In this document: piece after piece, positions 20,532 through 30,765 of the stretch | Layout of the letters: the number at the start of each line of letters is the position of its first letter | Numbering within the stretch: position 1 is the first letter of the stretch | The notes under the pieces: model-generated | Seen by the model: only the letters and a program-made list of their open reading frames with translations | What the model was told of the DNA's origin: nothing | Databases searched by the model: none | Source: Candidatus Hecatella orcuttiae | GTDB lineage: Archaea > Thermoproteota > Bathyarchaeia > Hecatellales > Hecatellaceae | Assembly (NCBI GenBank): GCA_002011035.2 | Contig: MTLY02000003.1 | Coordinates: 192,001 to 256,000 of the forward strand | Reading direction: 5' to 3' | Length of the DNA: 64,000 bases | Position numbers and translations under genes: made by a program

Positions 20532-23500
20532 TTGGCTGTCTCCCAGAATGAAAGATACTTGCTGGTGGAAGGCTTCCTCAAACAGGAGGGACTGGTGAAG
20601 CAACATCTAAACTCCTACAACTCCTTCATAAACCGAGGTATTCAGGAGATCATCGACGAGGTTGGCGGCATCGACATTGAAGCTGAACACCGGTACAGGA
20701 TCAGGTTTGGGAAAATTGAGATTCGAAGGCCTAGAATTGTTGAGGTCGACGGCTCCGACCATGAGATCTACCCCTTAGAGGCGAGGATTCGAAATCTCTC
20801 CTATACAGCGCCCGCATACTTGGAGGTTTGGATAGAAAAGGATGGGAAGAAAAGCGTATCCTTAGACCCCGTCTACATCGGCGACCTCCCTATCATGGTG
20901 AAGTCGGAAAAATGCCACCTCTCCGAGATGAGCGAAGATGAGCTTATCTCCATCGGCGAAGACCCTAAGGACCCTGGGGGCTACTTCATCATCAACGGCT
21001 CTGAGAGGGTTATTGTCGCCCTCGAAGACCTAGCCCCCAACAGGATAATCGTCGACTACGAGGAAACTGGGACTACCGCAACCTACAGGGCTAAGATCTT
21101 CTCCACCACCGTCGGCTTCAAGGCGAGAATTGAAGTGAAGATGAGGGCGGATAAGTCCATGCACGTCTCCATCCCCGGAGTCGTCGTGGACATACCCTTC
21201 GTCGTCCTGATGAAGGCCCTAGGACTTGAGGCGGACAAGGACATCGTCGAAGCCGTCTCCCTGAAAAGGGAAGTCCAAGAGCTACTGGAGCCTTCCTTCG
21301 AAAAATCGGAGGGTATCATCAAAACCAGAGACGCCATCCTCTACATTGGAAACAGGATAGCCTTCGGCTACGCGGAGGATTACCGGATTCGAAGGGCTGA
21401 GCAGGTTATCGACAGAAACTTTCTCCCCCATCTCGGAAGAAACCCGGAAAACCGCATCGAGAAAGCCTACTTTTTGGCTGAAGTAGCCAACCGAATGATT
21501 GAGCTGAGGTTGGGGCTGAGGAAACCGGATGATAAAGACCACTACGCCAACAAGCGGCTTAGGTTGGCTGGGGAGCTGCTCGCCGACCTGTTCAGGGTTA
21601 CTTTCCGAAATCTCTGCAGGGATATGAAGTACCAGCTGGAGAGGACCAGCCTGAACCGTGTGGGCGCCGTGGGCGCCATCAACGCCGCCGTCAGACCCGG
21701 CATCATAACCGAGAGAATTCAGCATGCCTTGGCCACTGGAAACTGGGGGAGGGGAAAGGTTGGCATAACTCAGCTTCTCGACCGCACCAATTACATTTCA
21801 ACCCTGAGCCATCTTCGACGCCTTCAATCACCTCTAAGCCGAAGTCAGCCTAACTTTGAGGCTCGAGACCTTCACTCAACCCACTGGGGTAGGCTGTGCC
21901 CCAACGAGACCCCTGAAGGGTCTAACTGCGGGCTTGTGAAAAACATAGCCCTCTCAGTTTCCATTTCCGTAGGGGAGCCGCTGGAGAGAGTTAAGGAAAT
22001 TCTCGAATCCTTGGGGATGGTAGACTCAACCAAGGCTGATGAAGAGCTGAAGTCTAGGGGCGCCAAAGTTTTCGTGGACGGCCGTCTGGGATATGTCGAA
22101 GACCCCGTCGGCTTTGTTCAAAAGCTCAGAGAAATGCGGAGGAAAGGGGAGATCAGCCGGGAGATCAACGTAGCCCTCTACGAGTATACCTCCGAAGCCG
22201 GAGTCCTCCGGGAGGTTTATGTTTGCTGTGATGCAGGGAGGGTGAGAAGGCCGCTCATCATCGTGGAGGACGGAAAAGCCAAGGTTACACCCGAAGACTT
22301 GGAGAAGCTGAGGAAGGGTGAGACAGGCTGGGACTATTTCCTGGAGAAAGGCCTCATCGAGTACTTGGACGCTGAGGAGGAGGAAAACGCCTACATAGCC
22401 ATGGAGCCTGAGGACTTAACCCCTGAGCATACGCATCTGGAGATAGCTCCCAACACCATACTGGGCATATGCGCCTCCATCATCCCCTACCCAGAGCACA
22501 ACCAGTCGCCTCGAAACACCTACGAGGCCGCCATGGTTAAACAAGCTTTGGGAATATACGCTTCTAACTATTTCCTGCGGACGGAGTCTCGTTCTCACCT
22601 CCTCCACTATCCTCAAGTCCCCTTGGTTAAAACTGACCTCATGCGGATGATAGAATACGACAAAAGGCCTTCTGGCCAAAACTGCGTGGTAGCCGTTCTT
22701 TCCTATGAAGGCTACAACATGGAGGACGCTTTGGTCTTCAACAAGTCCTCGGTGGAAAGAGGGCTGGGCCGCTCCACGTTCTACCGCATCTACGACGCTG
22801 AGTCCAAGCAGTATCTGGGAGGTGAAAGAGACCGGTTTGAAACACCTGAGCCTGGAACCATAGGCTTCCGGGGGGAACATTATTACAGGTTCCTAGAACC
22901 CGACGGCATGATAAGCGTTGAAACCGAGGTCTCCGGCTCCGACGTGCTGGTCGGCAGAACAAGTCCTCCCAGGTTTTTGGAGGAATACAAGGAGTTCGAG
23001 GTCAGAGGCCCCACTCGAAGGGACACGTCCATCAGCATGAGGCCTTCTGAGAAAGGCGTGGTGGACGCTGTCCTGCTCACAGAGACATCCCAAGGGAACA
23101 AGATAGCCAAGGTGAGGGTCAGGGACATCAGGGAGGCTGAGCTTGGCGACAAGTTTGCCTCCCGCCACGGGCAGAAGGGGGTCATCGGAATGCTGGTTCC
23201 CCAAGAGGATATGCCCTTCACCGAAGACGGCATCGTTCCCGACATCATCATCAACCCCCACGCGTTTCCCTCCCGGATGACCATAGGCCAGTTTGCGGAG
23301 GCCATGGCGGGTAAGGTAGCAGCCATCCTAGGAAGACCTGTAAACGGGACGCCTTTCTCCAACGAGAAGATTTCGGACCTGAGACAATATTTGAAGAAGT
23401 TGGGCTTCCAGCATGGAGGCAGGGAAACCTTCTACAACGGAGTGACCGGTGAGAAGTTCAGGGCTGACATCTACGTGGGCATCGTCTACTACCAGAAACT

Positions 23501-23882
23501 CCATCACATGGTCGCGGATAAAATGCACGCGAGGGCGCGGGGGCAGGTTCAGATGCTGACCCGGCAGCCGACGGAGGGTCGAGCCCGAGGGGGAGGGTTG
23601 AGGTTTGGAGAGATGGAACGAGACTGCCTCATAGGCCACGGGGCTGCCATCCTGCTGAAGAACAGACTGCTGGATGAGTCTGACAAGTATACCATATATG
23701 TCTGCGAGAAATGCGGGTACATCGCCTACTATGACGCTCGGCAGCGAAAATACGTCTGTAACATTTGCGGGGAAGACGCTGTTGTTTCCGCTGTGACCAT
23801 ATCCTACGCGTTTAAGCTGCTGCTTCAAGAACTGATGAGCCTTTGCATCGCGCCTAAACTGATCTTGGAGGAGAGGACGTGA
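20532..23882 (+). CDS. rpoB: RNA polymerase subunit Rpo2 (B, unsplit)
   Basis: GDKFASRHGQKG, GLRFGEMERD. Confidence 0.98.
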   Translation: MAVSQNERYLLVEGFLKQEGLVKQHLNSYNSFINRGIQEIIDEVGGIDIEAEHRYRIRFGKIEIRRPRIVEVDGSDHEIYPLEARIRNLSYTAPAYLEVWIEKDGKKSVSLDPVYIGDLPIMVKSEKCHLSEMSEDELISIGEDPKDPGGYFIINGSERVIVALEDLAPNRIIVDYEETGTTATYRAKIFSTTVGFKARIEVKMRADKSMHVSIPGVVVDIPFVVLMKALGLEADKDIVEAVSLKREVQELLEPSFEKSEGIIKTRDAILYIGNRIAFGYAEDYRIRRAEQVIDRNFLPHLGRNPENRIEKAYFLAEVANRMIELRLGLRKPDDKDHYANKRLRLAGELLADLFRVTFRNLCRDMKYQLERTSLNRVGAVGAINAAVRPGIITERIQHALATGNWGRGKVGITQLLDRTNYISTLSHLRRLQSPLSRSQPNFEARDLHSTHWGRLCPNETPEGSNCGLVKNIALSVSISVGEPLERVKEILESLGMVDSTKADEELKSRGAKVFVDGRLGYVEDPVGFVQKLREMRRKGEISREINVALYEYTSEAGVLREVYVCCDAGRVRRPLIIVEDGKAKVTPEDLEKLRKGETGWDYFLEKGLIEYLDAEEEENAYIAMEPEDLTPEHTHLEIAPNTILGICASIIPYPEHNQSPRNTYEAAMVKQALGIYASNYFLRTESRSHLLHYPQVPLVKTDLMRMIEYDKRPSGQNCVVAVLSYEGYNMEDALVFNKSSVERGLGRSTFYRIYDAESKQYLGGERDRFETPEPGTIGFRGEHYYRFLEPDGMISVETEVSGSDVLVGRTSPPRFLEEYKEFEVRGPTRRDTSISMRPSEKGVVDAVLLTETSQGNKIAKVRVRDIREAELGDKFASRHGQKGVIGMLVPQEDMPFTEDGIVPDIIINPHAFPSRMTIGQFAEAMAGKVAAILGRPVNGTPFSNEKISDLRQYLKKLGFQHGGRETFYNGVTGEKFRADIYVGIVYYQKLHHMVADKMHARARGQVQMLTRQPTEGRARGGGLRFGEMERDCLIGHGAAILLKNRLLDESDKYTIYVCEKCGYIAYYDARQRKYVCNICGEDAVVSAVTISYAFKLLLQELMSLCIAPKLILEERT

Positions 23883-23883
23883 A

Positions 23884-26800
23884 ATGTCGGCGGCGGGAGT
23901 TTTCGAGGAAGCCACCAAGGCCATCAAGAAGATAAAATTCAGCATTCTATCCCCCCAAGAGATCAGAAAATACTCCGTGGTGGAGATCAGGGAAGCTGAC
24001 ACCTACGACGAAGACGGCGCGCCCATCGCCTCAGGCCTAATGGACGAAAGGCTGGGAACCCTTGAACCTAGAACCCGGTGTAAAACGTGCGGAAACACCG
24101 CGGCCCGATGCCCCGGCCACTACGGCCACATCGAGCTGGCTACGCCGGTCATCCACGTGGGCTTCATAAAGTACATTCACGAGCTTCTCAACGTTTTCTG
24201 CAGGGAATGCGGAAGAATTCTTCTCCCTCCGGATAAAATTGAAGCCTACGTAGCTAAGATCGAGAATGCTAAGAGGGAGACCGGAACCGATCCGGTTCAC
24301 GTCTACGAGGCTGTGAAGCATGAGGCTAGGAAGAGTAACCGCTGCCCCCACTGCATGAAGAAGCCCATGTTCGTCGAATTTTCGAAACCCACCAACTTTT
24401 TTGAGCATACCGAAGAGGGTCCTAAGCCCTTAGACCCTTCCAGCATCCGGGCTCGCCTTGAACTGATCCATGAAGAGGACCTGAAGCTACTGGGCTACGA
24501 CCCGTCCTCCTTCAGGCCTGAATGGATGATTCTGCAGGTTCTCCCCGTCCCTCCGGTGAGCGCCAGGCCTTCCATCATGCTGGAGTCAGGGATCAGGTCG
24601 GAGGACGACCTAACCCACAAGCTGGTGGACATCATCCGCATCAACAGGAGGCTGGACGAATATGCCTCCGAAGGCGGTGCCCCGCCTCTCATCTTCCATG
24701 AACTTTCAGACTTACTTCAATACCATGTGACCACCTATCTGGACAACGAAACCTCCGGTATCCCCCCAGCGCGGCATCGGTCCGGCCGGGCGTTGAGGAC
24801 ACTGTCTCAGCGGCTTAAGGGGAAGGAGGGGAGGTTCCGAAGCAACCTCTCGGGGAAGAGGGTGGACTTTTCCGCTAGGACGGTTATTTCGCCGGATCCC
24901 AACCTCGCCATCAACGAGGTGGGAGTGCCCTTAGATATTGCCATGAGGCTTACCTACCCTGAAGTGGTCACAGAATGGAACTTAGAGGAAATGCGGAAGC
25001 TGGTCACCAACGGCCCGTCGACCTATCCTGGGGCGCTGTACGTCATCAGGCCTGATGGTAAAAGAATTAGGCTGGAGTTTGTAGCCGACCGGTCTAAGAT
25101 AGCCGAAACCCTGCTGCCTCTCTTCATCGTGGAGAGGCATCTCAAGGACGGCGACGTGGTGATCTTCAACCGACAGCCCTCCCTCCACCGGATGTCCATG
25201 ATGGCCCATAGGGTCAAGGTGCTTCCATACAAGACTTTCAGGCTTCACCTCTGCGTCTGCCCGCCTTACAACGCGGACTTTGACGGGGATGAGATGAACC
25301 TGCATGTTCCTCAGACAGAGGAGGCGGTGACAGAGGCTCTTGTCCTCATGCAGGTTCAGGATCAGATTCTCTCCCCCCGCTACGGCGGCCCCCTGATAGG
25401 AGCGATAAGGGACTTTATCACAGGCGCCTATCTTCTGACAAGAAAATCCACTTACCTCAAAAAGAGTGAGGTCTGCAGCTTGCTGGCTTCCATAGGCTAC
25501 AGTGGGCCGCTTCCAGAGCCTGCGGTGACGAAGCCTGAGCCTCTCTGGTCTGGTAAGGATATCTTCAGTCTCCTTCTCCCCAAGGAACTGGACTACGTCA
25601 TGAAGTCTAACATCTGCCAGAACTGCCCTGAATGCGATGAGGAGGATTGCAAGAACGACGCCTATGTGGTGGTGAAGAACGGAAGGCTGCTCATGGGCGT
25701 CATTGACAGGAATGCTGTGGGGGCTGAAAAGTCGGAGAGCATTCTTCACAGGGTTGTGAAGGAATACGGCTCAGAGGCTGCCAAGGACTTTCTCAACGCC
25801 CTTTGCAGGATGGTGAACACCTATATTGCCATCGAAGGCTTCTCCTACTCTCTCGACGAGTTGGACATCTCCGAGGAGGTCAGAGAAAAGATAGCGGCTA
25901 GGGCTAGGGAAGCCAAAAAGCGCATAGACGAGCTGACGGAGCAGTTTAGAAAGGGCACCCTCACCCGGCTGCCGGGTCAAAGCCTCGAGGATTCCTTCGA
26001 AATTTACGCCATGAACGAGCTGGCCAAAGCTAGGGATGACGCTGCGAAGCTGGCTGACAAATACTTCGGCATGGACAACCGGGGCAGCATGATGACTCGG
26101 TCAGGGGCCAGAGGTTCCAGCTTGAACATCGGCCAGATGACCGCCTGCGTAGGTCAGCAGTCGGTTAGAGGGAAGAGGATCATCCGAGGGTACAAGGATC
26201 GGGCGCTAACCCACTTCAAACCCGGAGACCCAAGCCCCGAGGCCCGGGGATTCGTCTACTCCTCTTACCGGGATGGGCTTTCACCCTCCGAGTTCTTCTT
26301 CCACGCCATGGGAGGAAGAGAAGGCTTGGTGGACACGGCTGTCCGAACCCAGCAGAGCGGGTACATGCAGCGGAGGCTCATCAACGCCCTTCAGGACATA
26401 AGGGTAGAGTATGACGGAACAGTTCGAATGGCCACCGGCGAGGTGACCCAGTTCAGCTACGGTGAAGACAGCGTCGACCCTGCGAAGAGCGACCATGGGA
26501 AAGCGGTGAACATCGAAAGGCTTATTGAAAGGATTAAACTGACCCATGGGAAGGGAAAGCCTGCTGGCGAAAAATACGTGGAGTCCAAAGTTGAGTCTGT
26601 TAAGTCGGAGTTGACCCCTCTGCTGGTGGAGGAGCTGCGGAAAAACCTTCTTAAGGCTAAGTTGAACAAGGCGGGAGTAGATTACGCTGTGGAGACCACC
26701 GTTAACAGCTACAAGAAAGCGAAGATCGAACCCGGGGAATCCAGCGGGATCATCGCCGCCCAGTCCATAGGGGAGCCCGGAACCCAGATGACTTTGAGGA

Positions 26801-27720
26801 CCTTCCACTTCGCAGGGGTTAAAGAGAGAAATGTCACCCTCGGGCTTCCTAGAATAATCGAGCTGGTGGACGCGAGGAGGGTTCCTTCCACCCCTATCAT
26901 GAACATCTACCTGAAGAAGGAGTTGCGGAAAAACAGAGAGAAGGCTGTGGAGATCGCCCGGGACATCGTTTACACCACAGTCAACAACGTGGCTTCCAGT
27001 GTCTACATCGACCATGTGAAGGCTGCTGTTGTGGTTAAGCTGTCTAGGACAAGCCTTGAGGAGCGGGGGCTCACTGCCAAAGATGTGAAGGAAGCCTTGA
27101 AGCTTCTCGGATGCGCTGTCAAGTCTGAAGGGGACATGACCATCTTGGTGAAGCCGGCTACGGTGGAGGAGTTGCCGAAGCTTCTGGACAAAGTTTCCTT
27201 CTATCACATCAAAGGAATTCACGGCATAAGGCGGGCGCTGGTGACCTTTGACAAGGGCGAGTGGACTATTCAAACCGACGGGTCGAACTTGGCGAAAATA
27301 TTAAAAGTTCCAGGCGTGGACACCACCCGAACCACCACCAACAACATCCACGAGATAGCGGCGACGCTGGGCATAGAAGCCGCCAGAAACGCCCTGATAA
27401 ACGAGATCAAAAGCGTCCTCGACGAGCAGGGTTTGGATGTCGACGTGAGGCATGTTATGCTTGTGGCTGACACCATGACCTTGGAGGGGGAGATCATGCA
27501 GATAGGCAGGCATGGAATAAGCGGGGAGAAAGCCAGCGTCCTCGCCAAGGCTGCCTTCGAAATCACCGTCCCAACCCTCATTCAAGCTTCAGTTCGAGGC
27601 TACGAAGACACTTTAAGCGGCGTGACGGAGAACGTTATCTGCGGCCAGATGATCCCTGTGGGCACGGGGACCATAGACCTTTATATGATGCCGGCGAACA
27701 AAGGATCCAATCAGGCATGA
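23884..27720 (+). CDS. rpoA: RNA polymerase subunit Rpo1 (A' and A'' fused)
   Basis: NADFDGDEMN and SIGEPGTQMTLRTFH in one 1278-aa ORF. Confidence 0.97.
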   Translation: MSAAGVFEEATKAIKKIKFSILSPQEIRKYSVVEIREADTYDEDGAPIASGLMDERLGTLEPRTRCKTCGNTAARCPGHYGHIELATPVIHVGFIKYIHELLNVFCRECGRILLPPDKIEAYVAKIENAKRETGTDPVHVYEAVKHEARKSNRCPHCMKKPMFVEFSKPTNFFEHTEEGPKPLDPSSIRARLELIHEEDLKLLGYDPSSFRPEWMILQVLPVPPVSARPSIMLESGIRSEDDLTHKLVDIIRINRRLDEYASEGGAPPLIFHELSDLLQYHVTTYLDNETSGIPPARHRSGRALRTLSQRLKGKEGRFRSNLSGKRVDFSARTVISPDPNLAINEVGVPLDIAMRLTYPEVVTEWNLEEMRKLVTNGPSTYPGALYVIRPDGKRIRLEFVADRSKIAETLLPLFIVERHLKDGDVVIFNRQPSLHRMSMMAHRVKVLPYKTFRLHLCVCPPYNADFDGDEMNLHVPQTEEAVTEALVLMQVQDQILSPRYGGPLIGAIRDFITGAYLLTRKSTYLKKSEVCSLLASIGYSGPLPEPAVTKPEPLWSGKDIFSLLLPKELDYVMKSNICQNCPECDEEDCKNDAYVVVKNGRLLMGVIDRNAVGAEKSESILHRVVKEYGSEAAKDFLNALCRMVNTYIAIEGFSYSLDELDISEEVREKIAARAREAKKRIDELTEQFRKGTLTRLPGQSLEDSFEIYAMNELAKARDDAAKLADKYFGMDNRGSMMTRSGARGSSLNIGQMTACVGQQSVRGKRIIRGYKDRALTHFKPGDPSPEARGFVYSSYRDGLSPSEFFFHAMGGREGLVDTAVRTQQSGYMQRRLINALQDIRVEYDGTVRMATGEVTQFSYGEDSVDPAKSDHGKAVNIERLIERIKLTHGKGKPAGEKYVESKVESVKSELTPLLVEELRKNLLKAKLNKAGVDYAVETTVNSYKKAKIEPGESSGIIAAQSIGEPGTQMTLRTFHFAGVKERNVTLGLPRIIELVDARRVPSTPIMNIYLKKELRKNREKAVEIARDIVYTTVNNVASSVYIDHVKAAVVVKLSRTSLEERGLTAKDVKEALKLLGCAVKSEGDMTILVKPATVEELPKLLDKVSFYHIKGIHGIRRALVTFDKGEWTIQTDGSNLAKILKVPGVDTTRTTTNNIHEIAATLGIEAARNALINEIKSVLDEQGLDVDVRHVMLVADTMTLEGEIMQIGRHGISGEKASVLAKAAFEITVPTLIQASVRGYEDTLSGVTENVICGQMIPVGTGTIDLYMMPANKGSNQA

Positions 27721-27730
27721 AAGCTGACTT

Positions 27731-28048
27731 ATGGTGATGACTTCCGTGGTTGACTTGACGAAGGCTCTGGCGATGCTCGTCAAGACGGGGAAAGTAACCT
27801 ACGGATTCAAGGAAACTCTGGAAATGTTAAAAAGCGGAAAGGCGAAGATGATCATCTTCGCCGGAAACTGCCCGGCTGAGAAAAGAGAGCAGCTGGAAAG
27901 ACTTGCGAAGCTCTCTCAGACACCCATACTTCAATATCAAGGTTCAAGCGTGGATTTGGGTTTGACTTGCGGTAAACCCTTCACGGTTTCAGTCCTAGCA
28001 GTCAGGGAAGTGGGCGATTCAAAGATTCTCAAGCTGGTGGAAAGATAA
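27731..28048 (+). CDS. rpl30e: 50S ribosomal protein L30e
   Basis: KTGKVTYG...LGLTCGKPF; gene order. Confidence 0.93.
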   Translation: MVMTSVVDLTKALAMLVKTGKVTYGFKETLEMLKSGKAKMIIFAGNCPAEKREQLERLAKLSQTPILQYQGSSVDLGLTCGKPFTVSVLAVREVGDSKILKLVER

Positions 28049-28051
28049 AAA

Positions 28052-28489
28052 TTGTCTGGGAAGATCAAGCTCACCGCTGAGGAAATGCGCTACATAGCCC
28101 TCTTTGAAAGCATAACAGGTGCCACCGCCAAAGACTGCCTCATCGACAACCACCAGAACAAGCTTATCTTTGTCACCAAGGAGCATGAGGCAGGCTTAGC
28201 CGTGGGTAAAAACGGCGGCAAAGTGAAGACTTTGAAGAGGGTGACAGGCAGGGACATTGAAATCGTCGAGTACGCCGTCAACCTTCAAGATTTCATAAAA
28301 AACGCCTTCATGCCTGCGAGGATCAAGGAGATAAGAGTCACGGAGAGGCTTGACGGAAAAAAGATAGTGGTTGTGAAGGTTCATGAAGCCGACAAAGGAA
28401 TGGCCATAGGCAGAGGTGGAGAAAAAGCCGCCCGAACCAGGCAGCTGGCTAAGAGATACTTCGGCGTAGACAACATCGTCATCGTCTGA
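28052..28489 (+). CDS. nusA: Transcription factor NusA (archaeal)
   Basis: YIALFESITG, KH GKNG and GRGG motifs. Confidence 0.93.
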   Translation: MSGKIKLTAEEMRYIALFESITGATAKDCLIDNHQNKLIFVTKEHEAGLAVGKNGGKVKTLKRVTGRDIEIVEYAVNLQDFIKNAFMPARIKEIRVTERLDGKKIVVVKVHEADKGMAIGRGGEKAARTRQLAKRYFGVDNIVIV

Positions 28490-28551
28490 GCAACCCTGTC
28501 GTGAAAGGCTAATCTTAAATTTTTCCGAAGCGTTATCAATGTTGTAGTAGG

Positions 28552-29880
28552 ATGGTATCTTTAGAGAAAAGTTGGCTGAGTGCCTACCTACCTTATTCTG
28601 AAGAGGAAAGACGGAGGATAGGGGAATTTCTCAAGGTCCGTGTTCCCAGCTACGGGTCCCTATGCTTGCACTGCAAAGGAGGCAGAATGCTCTGCGGGAA
28701 AAGCTGCTGCCCCCTCATCGTCAAAGCTGAGAAACTGCTCGGCCAACTTAGAAGCATCGACTCGGAGAAGATTCAAGGGTCCACTCCTCCCAGCGTCTTC
28801 GTGGGGAGAATAGGCTACCCCAAGGTTTACGTAGGCCCTCTCATCCCTCCCTTCCATGGAGATACGGCTTTCTTGGACACTCCTGAAACTTGGATTGGAA
28901 GGGGACTGGAGGACATCGTAAACTTCAGAAGCACCCTAGTCAGGGGGAAGTTCCCCGTCAGCGCAGACCAGCCTCTCAGGGGAGGCAGCCTCTTCGAGAA
29001 ACTTCAGGAAATGGCCTTGGCAGCAAGGCCTGTGGACGCGGAGGCCCTTTTCGCCCAGAAGCCTCAGGGAGCCATCGTCCTGAGCGATGAAGTTCAACCC
29101 TTCGGGCCCTCTGCGCCTCTCAGGGCTTTCTGGCTTTCAAACGTCCACGCGGACAGGGTCGTGGAGAAATGCTACTACGATGACGATTTAAAGGCGGGGG
29201 AGGCTGTGCTTCAACTTTATCGGGACGGGGTTCCTGTTTCAAAGATCCAGCGCTGCTTCAGTTTGGGCATGTTCGGGGACAAGGGTAGACGGCGGGTGGT
29301 GCCAACCCGGTGGAGCATCACGGCAGTGGACGAAGCGATTTCCCTCAGCTTGCTCCGAGAGGTGCGGCGGTATCCGCCCGTCGGCGAGTACAGGGTTTAC
29401 GCCTTCAAAAACTTGGACAACATCTTCACCGCTATCTTTCTCCCCGAAGCTTGGAGCTTCGAATGGATCGAAGCTTGGTTCCCTGGGACGGTTTGGAACC
29501 CTCAAGGCCGGGAGCCGGAGCTGATGGGGGACTATGAAGGATTCAGGGGGAGAACAACCTACGCTGATGTGGGCGGCTGCTACTACGCGGCTAGGCTGGC
29601 GGCGGCTGAAGCCCTCAGCCGAGAGCGAAGACAGGCGAAAGTTCTGATCCTGCGGGAGATCCGCAACGGTTACCTTCTCCCCGTGGGGGTTTGGAATGTG
29701 AGGGAAAGCGTCCGGCAGGCCTTGAAGACCCAGCCTCATAAATTTGCCAGCTTCCTGGAGGCTCTCGATTTTGCCATGAGAAACCTGTCTGTCCCCCTCA
29801 AGGCTTGGCTTCCTAGGAGCGTCATTCTCCGGCAGGCGCTGTTTCAGAGGAAGCTGGCTGATTTTTCACCCCAAGGCTGA
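28552..29880 (+). CDS. nreA: DNA repair protein Nre
   Basis: CLHCKG..LCG, PPSVFVGRIGYPKV, VPTRWSITAVD, C-terminal PIP-like QRKLADF. Confidence 0.9.
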   Translation: MVSLEKSWLSAYLPYSEEERRRIGEFLKVRVPSYGSLCLHCKGGRMLCGKSCCPLIVKAEKLLGQLRSIDSEKIQGSTPPSVFVGRIGYPKVYVGPLIPPFHGDTAFLDTPETWIGRGLEDIVNFRSTLVRGKFPVSADQPLRGGSLFEKLQEMALAARPVDAEALFAQKPQGAIVLSDEVQPFGPSAPLRAFWLSNVHADRVVEKCYYDDDLKAGEAVLQLYRDGVPVSKIQRCFSLGMFGDKGRRRVVPTRWSITAVDEAISLSLLREVRRYPPVGEYRVYAFKNLDNIFTAIFLPEAWSFEWIEAWFPGTVWNPQGREPELMGDYEGFRGRTTYADVGGCYYAARLAAAEALSRERRQAKVLILREIRNGYLLPVGVWNVRESVRQALKTQPHKFASFLEALDFAMRNLSVPLKAWLPRSVILRQALFQRKLADFSPQG

Positions 29881-29887
29881 GCAGCCC

Positions 29888-30736
29888 ATGAGCTTCGCTG
29901 AATACGTCTGGACCCTATGCCAAAGGGCCCTCTCCCCGAGTGGTCTGCCGGGTTTAAGCTATGCTCTCAACCCTTACCAAGGCTGTGAGCATGGCTGCCT
30001 TTACTGTTATTCTCCCAGCCTTTTGGGGGACAAGGCCTTAGCCCAACGTTGGGGAAGCCTCATCAGAGTTAAGGAAAACGTGGCGGAGAAACTTCAAGAA
30101 GACCTAAGGAAAAAACGCAGAGGCCAAGTAGGGGTGGGCACCGTCACCGACCCTTACCAGCCCTTAGAAGCCCGCCTAGGGCTCACCCGTCGATGTCTGG
30201 AGCTTCTCTCCGCCTACAGGTTCCCCGTTTCCATTCAAACCAAGTCCCCCCTAGTTTTGAGGGACTTAGACCTGCTGAGGCAAGGAAGGTTCGACGTGGG
30301 CTTCACCCTGACGGCTGTGAACGAGTCAGCCCGAAGCCTTGAGCCCAAGGCACCGAGCCCTGAGGCTAGGCTTCAAGCCCTCGAAAGCCTAGCATCCGAG
30401 GGAGTGGAGACCTGGATTTTCCTAGGCCCCATCATTCCCTTTGTCAACGACGACGAAGCCAACCTCAGCTGCATTGTGAAAGCGGCAGCGTCCACCAAGA
30501 GCTCCCTCATCTATGACAGGCTGAGGCTGCACCCCGGAGTTTTGGAATCCCTCAGAGTTTTCCTCGAGGAAGTGAAGCCGAGTTTAGCCGAGCAGGTGCC
30601 CCGCCTGCTTTCCACCCGCAGCGCCTATTGGCGGGAGGTGGAGGGGAAAATTCAGAAACTCTGCCGATGGGAAGGCGTCCGCTGCGAGCCGGCCTTTCCT
30701 CCGCGTCCCCGAGAGTCTAAGCTTTTAAACTATTGA
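29888..30736 (+). CDS. Radical SAM protein, spore-photoproduct-lyase-like
   Basis: NPYQGCEHGCLYCY, TDPYQP. Confidence 0.88.
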   Translation: MSFAEYVWTLCQRALSPSGLPGLSYALNPYQGCEHGCLYCYSPSLLGDKALAQRWGSLIRVKENVAEKLQEDLRKKRRGQVGVGTVTDPYQPLEARLGLTRRCLELLSAYRFPVSIQTKSPLVLRDLDLLRQGRFDVGFTLTAVNESARSLEPKAPSPEARLQALESLASEGVETWIFLGPIIPFVNDDEANLSCIVKAAASTKSSLIYDRLRLHPGVLESLRVFLEEVKPSLAEQVPRLLSTRSAYWREVEGKIQKLCRWEGVRCEPAFPPRPRESKLLNY

Positions 30737-30765
30737 AGGACAAGCTTCACCGTGGGGAAGACCCA

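Noticed and set aside
20532-27720. Long antisense ORFs over rpoB and rpoA (similar ones lie over tuf and the integrase)
   Set aside because: They are shadow frames caused by codon bias.
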